From a virus (Duplodnaviria > Caudoviricetes), in the IMG/VR virus record IMGVR_UViG_3300031867_000035, positions 1-64,000 of that record: a DNA stretch of 64,000 bases; one strand, given 5' to 3'. Shown piece after piece: positions 58,111 to 64,000 of this stretch; within the stretch, counting starts at the first letter, position 1; each line of letters starts with the position of its first letter. The position numbers and the translations under genes are program-made. The notes under the pieces are model-generated. The model saw only the letters and a list, made by a program, of their open reading frames with translations. It had not been told where the DNA came from and did no database searches.

Positions 58111-58746
58111 ATGACTATTGACGAAGCATTAGCAAAAGTAGCAGACCAAGACGCTAGAGCCTTTCTGCAGAAGGTTATCAGTGACCAGAATGGTTATGTT
58201 ACAAAATTAGAAGCACAAGTTGCCGAATTAAAAAAGGCACCTGCTCAAACTCAAGCTCAAGGAACAGATGATATCACAAGAAAATATCTAGAAGATAATA
58301 TGAGACGTGACATCATTAACCAGGCAACAGCAAACATTAAAGCCGCATACGGTGATGCAATCGCAGAAGCTTGTATGCCTGACTATTTAGATTTCCTAAA
58401 AGCTAATATGACTTTAAAAAACACTACTGTTGAATATGCTACAGATGCTTTCAATCTGGTATATGGTAGATGTTTTGCAAAGAAGGACCATCCAGTGCAC
58501 AACGTTGGCAAGGCCACAGCTCCTAATGGTACACCTACACCTCAAGTACAAGCTGGAAATAATGCAGCAGGAGTACAGCAAGTTGCTTCAATCATAAATG
58601 GACAGCCACCAGTTATGAATCCAAACGACCACTCAGCTGGTCAAGGATTGCCAGGTACTCAAGGCACTCCTGTAAAAAATACTAGGGATGCTTTCAAAGC
58701 ATTCAAGGATAGAATGACGCAAGGTGGTAGTTCAAAATTCCAATAA
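58111..58746 (+). CDS. capsid scaffolding protein
   Basis: coiled-coil N-half, P/Q-rich linker, basic C-terminal helix; immediately before capsid gene. Confidence 0.6.
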   Translation: MTIDEALAKVADQDARAFLQKVISDQNGYVTKLEAQVAELKKAPAQTQAQGTDDITRKYLEDNMRRDIINQATANIKAAYGDAIAEACMPDYLDFLKANMTLKNTTVEYATDAFNLVYGRCFAKKDHPVHNVGKATAPNGTPTPQVQAGNNAAGVQQVASIINGQPPVMNPNDHSAGQGLPGTQGTPVKNTRDAFKAFKDRMTQGGSSKFQ

Positions 58747-58767
58747 AAATAAGAGGGGAAAAGAACT

Positions 58768-60408
58768 ATGAATGATAAGAGTGTAAATTCAGGAATTTAT
58801 ATGGGTGATACCTTAGGTGGAGGTAATTACTCAACTAAAAATGTTATCGAAGACTTTATGAGAACTGAGTATCAGGAGGGCTTCAGAAACGAATTCAATA
58901 CAATGGAAGCTTTAATTAATAAGCTACCAAAGGATACTATTACTGGTAAGGTAAAGTATAAGTCCTTTAAGTTAGGTATCTCTGATAATGTAAGAGCTGT
59001 AGGTTCAGGAACATTTGACCGTTATGAATTAGGTATGAATGATTTCTGGGGTCAGGGCTCTGAAACAGTAGAAGCTCAGTTCGATACTACTAAGTTAATG
59101 GCTACCTTCTCTATTACAGATGAAGCAATCTTAAAGGGCACAGGTGACGGCTCATTAATTGATGTATTAAAGGACCAGCTATCTAATATGGAATTAGGTA
59201 TGAAGCATACTTATAACCGTTATATCTATGGTTCATATACTGGTAAGATTGGTGTTATCAAAGATAAGGCTTCTGCAGATGATACATATCATATTACTGC
59301 AGTAGATTTAAGTACTTCAACTGCTGGTGCAGCTATTGATAGATTACGTGATAATCGTGGTGAATATCATAACCAGTTTGATTATCAGAAGGCTCCTTGT
59401 GTAGTTTCCTTTAAGATGGTTAACTCTCATTCTTTAATGGAAGGTATGGGTGCTATGATTCAGGTAGAAACTAAGACAGGTGCAAATGCTTGGTCTACAA
59501 CAGCTAATGCTCAGAAGAGACTAATTGGTAGAATCTGGCAGAAGGATAATACCCTTATCCACAGTGAGAAGATTTTATTCATTGTAGAAAAAGTTGTAAC
59601 AGGTACAGCAACTTCCGCAGGTGTAATTACTTGGGGTACTCCAACTGCTCCTGCAGCTGCAATTAACATTACATTAGGTGCAAACGATGTAGCTACAGTT
59701 TACTCTCGTCAGTTAGATGACGCAGGAAAAATCGCTAAGGAGTATACTGGTCTTGAAGATATCGTTGTTACTCAGAACAATAAAATCTTCGGTGTAGATA
59801 GAAATATCTATCGTTCATTAAACTGTACTGCAGTTGATATGAATGATACTCAGTATGTCAATGAGGAAATTCTTCGTGACTTATCTGACCACTTAGCATT
59901 AACATCTCCTGATGGAACTTCCGTTACATTATGTTGCGCTAACCATAGAATTATCTCCCAAGTTGAGAAGGCATTATATCAGTTCAAGAATTATAACTTA
60001 ACTAATGTAGGCCAGGGTATGCAGCTTGGTGGTAGCTATGAATTAAAGTTCGATAACTATGTATTATACAAGGATAAGTATGCTAGAGATAACAACTTAT
60101 ATATGTTAGACCAGACTAAGATTGGTGAATTAGTAAGACGTGATTTCACTTGGATTACTTCTGGTGAAGTAAACGGTGTATTACAGCGTAGACCTGGTAC
60201 AGAAATGTATGAAGGTATTATGAACAAGTATGCTGATATGTATATCGATGCTTGGAGATGCCACGCAGTTCTAAAGCACTGCAAGGTTACTGAGCCAGGT
60301 ACATTCTTCAGCTATCAGTCTAATGGTTTACCTAAGGGTATTGCTGATGGTGCTACTTCAGTTCAAATCACTGGTGTAGCAGATGGAGTTAAATTCCCTC
60401 AAGAATAA
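58768..60408 (+). CDS. major capsid protein (HK97 fold, with insertion)
   Basis: FSITDEAILKG..DVLKDQL..KHTYNRYIYG..GLEDIV..IFGVDR..C-terminal HAVLKHC; biased codon use; strong terminator downstream. Confidence 0.8.
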   Translation: MNDKSVNSGIYMGDTLGGGNYSTKNVIEDFMRTEYQEGFRNEFNTMEALINKLPKDTITGKVKYKSFKLGISDNVRAVGSGTFDRYELGMNDFWGQGSETVEAQFDTTKLMATFSITDEAILKGTGDGSLIDVLKDQLSNMELGMKHTYNRYIYGSYTGKIGVIKDKASADDTYHITAVDLSTSTAGAAIDRLRDNRGEYHNQFDYQKAPCVVSFKMVNSHSLMEGMGAMIQVETKTGANAWSTTANAQKRLIGRIWQKDNTLIHSEKILFIVEKVVTGTATSAGVITWGTPTAPAAAINITLGANDVATVYSRQLDDAGKIAKEYTGLEDIVVTQNNKIFGVDRNIYRSLNCTAVDMNDTQYVNEEILRDLSDHLALTSPDGTSVTLCCANHRIISQVEKALYQFKNYNLTNVGQGMQLGGSYELKFDNYVLYKDKYARDNNLYMLDQTKIGELVRRDFTWITSGEVNGVLQRRPGTEMYEGIMNKYADMYIDAWRCHAVLKHCKVTEPGTFFSYQSNGLPKGIADGATSVQITGVADGVKFPQE

Positions 60409-60420
60409 TAATCAACAGAG

Positions 60421-60459
60421 AAGGACTTGCTTGAAAGAGCAGTCCTTTTTTGTTATAAT
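60421..60459 (+). terminator. terminator after capsid gene overlapping extended -10 TGTTATAAT
   Basis: AAGGACT..AGTCCTT stem plus T-run. Confidence 0.7.
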
Positions 60460-60479
60460 AAAAACAAACGAGGTGCATT

Positions 60480-60860
60480 ATGAATTATATAGATATTCTT
60501 AGAACAAATCCACACTTAAGAAAGTGTAATGTTAATAACATTTGTGATAGATTTTTAAAAAGAACAAACGGTAATGCTTTTGTTGTTTTTAATAATGTAC
60601 AGCAAGCTTACGAGATACATACAATGGAAGCTTACTTTCTCTCTGGTGATTCATATAACACCACAATTCTATTAGAGAATTTAAATGAGTCTACAATTAT
60701 AGAATGCTTAACGCAGGATTTCTCTAAAGACTTAGATGATATTTTAAGTGAGAGGTTATCTAATGAAACTTGGAGAGAGAACTGGCAAAAGAATAAAAGA
60801 ACAAACGAATTGAATCAGCAGTTCAAAATTATAGAAAGGGTAATGGGTACAAAGCAATGA
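60480..60860 (+). CDS. hypothetical (possible head completion) protein
   Basis: ORF, RBS gaggtg. Confidence 0.65.
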   Translation: MNYIDILRTNPHLRKCNVNNICDRFLKRTNGNAFVVFNNVQQAYEIHTMEAYFLSGDSYNTTILLENLNESTIIECLTQDFSKDLDDILSERLSNETWRENWQKNKRTNELNQQFKIIERVMGTKQ

Positions 60861-61555
60861 CACTATATGATTTATACTTAAGAGTTATAGGTACTACAGG
60901 ATTAGATACCATAGATTTAGTTTCTTTAAGAGCTTGTATCTCCAACTGTATGGCAGACTTAACTAGCCGTGGATACAAATTATTTAAAGAATTACATCTA
61001 AGTGATTTTGAAAATGTTGAACGAGATTTAAACTGGGTATGTCTAGACCTACCAAAAGATATCCGCAAGATAAATTATCTTAGATTATATTTATCTGAGA
61101 ATGCCACAGTAGCAAAACGTGTACCTTTGACAGACCCTCGTATTCAATGCAGTTTTAAAAACAATAGATTCAGAAGTAAAGTAGATGACTGGGAAGCAAT
61201 CTATTATATTCTTAATGATAAAATTTATATTGAGTGGAATGGGCGATTCGGCACAGACCTGCTAGAATTATCCTTTGGTTATTATCAAAAGCTTTATGCT
61301 CCAGAGATGCCTTTAGACCCTAATGATTCTGATAAATTAAAAGATATAAAATTAGATATAAGACCAGAATTCGAGGATGCTTTGGTACTTTACGCTGCTT
61401 ATTTCTATACAGCTAGAGTTCTTAAGGATACAGATAAAATCAATCTGGCTCTTTCCAATTATAAATATTATATCGAGGATATCATTCACGAACTATCTTA
61501 TGAGGATGAATTTAATGAGGAAGATGCAGTGATAAAGTTAGAGGAGGAGGAATAA
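60857..61555 (+). CDS. head-tail adaptor / tail tubular protein A-like
   Basis: helical N-terminus, beta core, FEDALVLYAAY helix; synteny before nozzle. Confidence 0.6.
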   Translation: MTLYDLYLRVIGTTGLDTIDLVSLRACISNCMADLTSRGYKLFKELHLSDFENVERDLNWVCLDLPKDIRKINYLRLYLSENATVAKRVPLTDPRIQCSFKNNRFRSKVDDWEAIYYILNDKIYIEWNGRFGTDLLELSFGYYQKLYAPEMPLDPNDSDKLKDIKLDIRPEFEDALVLYAAYFYTARVLKDTDKINLALSNYKYYIEDIIHELSYEDEFNEEDAVIKLEEEE

Positions 61556-61557
61556 GT

Positions 61558-64000
61558 ATGCCTACAAAGTACAAAGACTATCCTATATACTCCTATAATG
61601 AACCTGCAACCTATAGTGATTTTACTGGAGGAATAAATACAGACCCAAGTAATGAGCATCTTTCTGATAATGAAATGCGTGACTGTGTTAATATGACATA
61701 TTTATCAGGAGCTTTAGTAAAAAGAAAAGGTGCTAAAGAAATCTGTAGAATTACTTGTGATGAAGATATAAGAAATATCCAGGGTGTGTTTTTATTCACT
61801 TATAAAATCACTTATATCATTGTAGCTGCTGATGGTAAATTATATCAGAGTCCTTTCAATGAGAACACCACATTAAAATTAACTAGATTAAATATCTATA
61901 AAACCAAAAATTATACAAACAAAGTTTATGATGAAACTTCTGTGTTTGATGGACTAGAGGTTTATCAGAAGTCAGATATAATCCCTGATAAGCACAATGG
62001 TTTTATTATGGATTACATCCGTGAAGAATTAACAGGTAATGAGATTCAATTAAATAAAAGAAGTGACTGGGAAAGTATTACTTCTGGTATGATTGAGAAA
62101 GGTGATTTTTTCGAGGTTAGAGAGGGTTTATATCAAACCAAGTATGTTTGTATCACCTCTTTTGAAAAAACTTTAATAACACCAGAAAACATTAACTACT
62201 GGGAAGTATATTCTCCTACTGAAAATGACACACCTATTAATTGGTCAGTTAACATTTATACTCAATGGGTAGAAGGTACTGTAATTAAATACAATGGTAT
62301 TTATTATAGATGTACACAATCTCATTATAATAGAAAAAATTCATTATATGATAAAAATTTATTTATAAAAGCTTCTTCTTTCAATACAAACTATTCTTTC
62401 TTTAGTTTAATGTTTTTTCAGAATTATAGAAAGATAGAGGCTGCTACTTTCAATAACAAGCTTTATGTTATGACAGGTACAAGAATCGTTACAGTAGAAG
62501 TTTTAGAAAACAAATTAACAGCCACGGTATTAAAACCCTATCTTTGTAACAGCAGTGAAATAACTAACATCGGCTACAACTATATTAGTCCTTATCCAGA
62601 GTTAGCTGTTGCTTCACAAACAGACACTGTAACAACAGGACTTACACAGTTATTAGTTAAAAAACTTTTATACAATAGATATTTGTTAGAGCCTATATTT
62701 AATGTACAGCTTGGAGATAGTATAAAAAATTACTGGTTCCGTTGGGAAAAATTTGTAAACGATAAATGGTACACAATCATTCCTTTCAGGATTCAAGACC
62801 CTAATTATCAAGCCAGTCTTAATATATCTTCCTCTGATGATTATAGCAAGATAGAAGTAGACGATGCTGATACTACATTATATAGAGTAACTTTTGCAAT
62901 CTCTTTTGAAACACCTAACAGCATAATTAAAGACTGGAAACTAACAGATGGTTATAGCTTTAAAGATGGAGACCTTGTGAAATACAAGGATGTAATTTAT
63001 AAATGCATTACCTCTCATAACTCATCTCAAGCTCTTTATCCTGATAATGCTTTTGTAACTATTGCAACAATAGAAGATACACAGCAAGTATTATGGGAAC
63101 CCTACCTCGAGTGCGAAACCTTAGATTATTTATCTTACGATGCAGATAATAAGCCTATTTATTCTACAGTACAAGATTACAAGATAGATAAAATTGATGG
63201 AGAGTATTTCGGTCAAGCTACAAGTGTTATCTGGAAGAATCCTTCTATAAGTGATACTTTCAAAGTTATACATTCTTGTACTAAAATTCTAGTCGATGGT
63301 AATAAATTACTTTATTATAGTGATAATTATAATACGGGTAAATGGTACAAAACCATTTTAAACAACCCTAACTATGTTACTGACAGAGGTGCACTATCTT
63401 TTAAAACAACAAAGAATGAAGCTTTAATTAAAGTCTTAGCTTTTCAAGGTAACATTATTTGTTTTGCCAATGCAGACAATGTAGGAGGAAGTATTCACAT
63501 AGTTACAGGAAACGGTGATGACTATGATGATAAAACAGGTTACTACTCCCCATATCAAAGGAGAACCATAAACTCTACAGTTTCATCTGATAACCCTGAT
63601 ACAATTCAAGTATGTGATAACATTTTAATTTTTAAATACTTTAAGAAGTTGTACTACATAAATGCCTCCGACTTGTCTAATGATGTTATTAAAGTTAATC
63701 AATGTAATAAAAGGTTACTTTCTGTTAATCAAGAAGTTGATATCCCTTGGGATGATAATAGCTGTGTATCTGAAGTGACTAATGATTATTATGCATTACT
63801 TTGGAGAGAAAAATTTTCTATTGATAACAATAATAACCTAGTTCAAGAAAGACCAGCTATCCGAGTAAAGATGTACTTTAATATGGCAAATCAACTAGAA
63901 GATAAGTCATATAATATGCCTTGGCTAAGAGATGAATCTAAATACTTTAACGTAAGTCATATTATTTATTTTAAAGGTAAGAGTCTTCTGCTATATAATA
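61558..64000 (+). CDS. tail nozzle / stabilisation protein (3'-partial, absent from ORF track)
   Basis: ATG after gaggagg; SDFTGGINT..NEMRDCVN..GALVKRKG start motif of podovirus nozzles; frame open at the points checked up to window end. Confidence 0.7.
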   Translation, partial: MPTKYKDYPIYSYNEPATYSDFTGGINTDPSNEHLSDNEMRDCVNMTYLSGALVKRKGAKEICRITCDEDIRNIQGVFLFTYKITYIIVAADGKLYQSPFNENTTLKLTRLNIYKTKNYTNKVYDETSVFDGLEVYQKSDIIPDKHNGFIMDYIREELTGNEIQLNKRSDWESITSGMIEKGDFFEVREGLYQTKYVCITSFEKTLITPENINYWEVYSPTENDTPINWSVNIYTQWVEGTVIKYNGIYYRCTQSHYNRKNSLYDKNLFIKASSFNTNYSFFSLMFFQNYRKIEAATFNNKLYVMTGTRIVTVEVLENKLTATVLKPYLCNSSEITNIGYNYISPYPELAVASQTDTVTTGLTQLLVKKLLYNRYLLEPIFNVQLGDSIKNYWFRWEKFVNDKWYTIIPFRIQDPNYQASLNISSSDDYSKIEVDDADTTLYRVTFAISFETPNSIIKDWKLTDGYSFKDGDLVKYKDVIYKCITSHNSSQALYPDNAFVTIATIEDTQQVLWEPYLECETLDYLSYDADNKPIYSTVQDYKIDKIDGEYFGQATSVIWKNPSISDTFKVIHSCTKILVDGNKLLYYSDNYNTGKWYKTILNNPNYVTDRGALSFKTTKNEALIKVLAFQGNIICFANADNVGGSIHIVTGNGDDYDDKTGYYSPYQRRTINSTVSSDNPDTIQVCDNILIFKYFKKLYYINASDLSNDVIKVNQCNKRLLSVNQEVDIPWDDNSCVSEVTNDYYALLWREKFSIDNNNNLVQERPAIRVKMYFNMANQLEDKSYNMPWLRDESKYFNVSHIIYFKGKSLLLYN

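Noticed and set aside
60380-60420. Programmed frameshift extension of the capsid protein
   Set aside because: No XXXYYYZ slippery site before the stop, and a terminator follows immediately
1-64000. Alternative genetic code or stop-codon reassignment
   Set aside because: Long genes are intact in code 11; TAA, TAG and TGA all end genes at sensible junctions; no suppressor tRNA

Overview
A 64-kb slice of an AT-rich tailed-phage genome, read in the standard genetic code. Strong GGAGG ribosome-binding sites and sigma-A-type TTGCAA/TTGACA-N16-17-TATAAT promoters suggest a low-GC Gram-positive (Bacillota/Mollicutes-like) host; this is inference. No integrase or lysis genes lie in the window. Layout: (i) 1-9.1 kb (+), replication module: SNF2-like helicase, HTH, family A DNA polymerase, Cas4/RecB-like nuclease, Sak4-like ATPase, SSB-like protein, VRR-NUC, D5/P4-type helicase. 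(ii) 9.2-15.4 kb: a TerS-like gene (-), two probable virion/ejection proteins and a GroES + GroEL chaperonin pair (+). (iii) 15.5-33.1 kb (-), accessory/early block: orphan PemK/MazF-like protein, DnaG primase, metallopeptidase-acidic-vWA protein with a MoxR-like AAA+, about 15 small genes, three pentapeptide-repeat paralogs and several strongly structured non-coding elements. (iv) 33.5-64 kb (+): Tad2-like protein, initiator tRNA, a 6082-aa giant protein, then TerL, portal, scaffold, major capsid, adaptor and a podovirus-type nozzle running off the end. Best discovery candidate: the giant protein appears to be a single-chain two-barrel RNA polymerase with its beta'-like catalytic half (NGDFDGD) BEFORE its beta-like half, fused to an apparently intact DEDDh exonuclease and membrane segments. 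Other strong leads are a structured RNA holding a small ORF inside a 24-bp stem, a duplicated three-hairpin RNA motif with covariation, and the phage chaperonin pair. All family assignments come from motifs recognised by eye; no database search was run.
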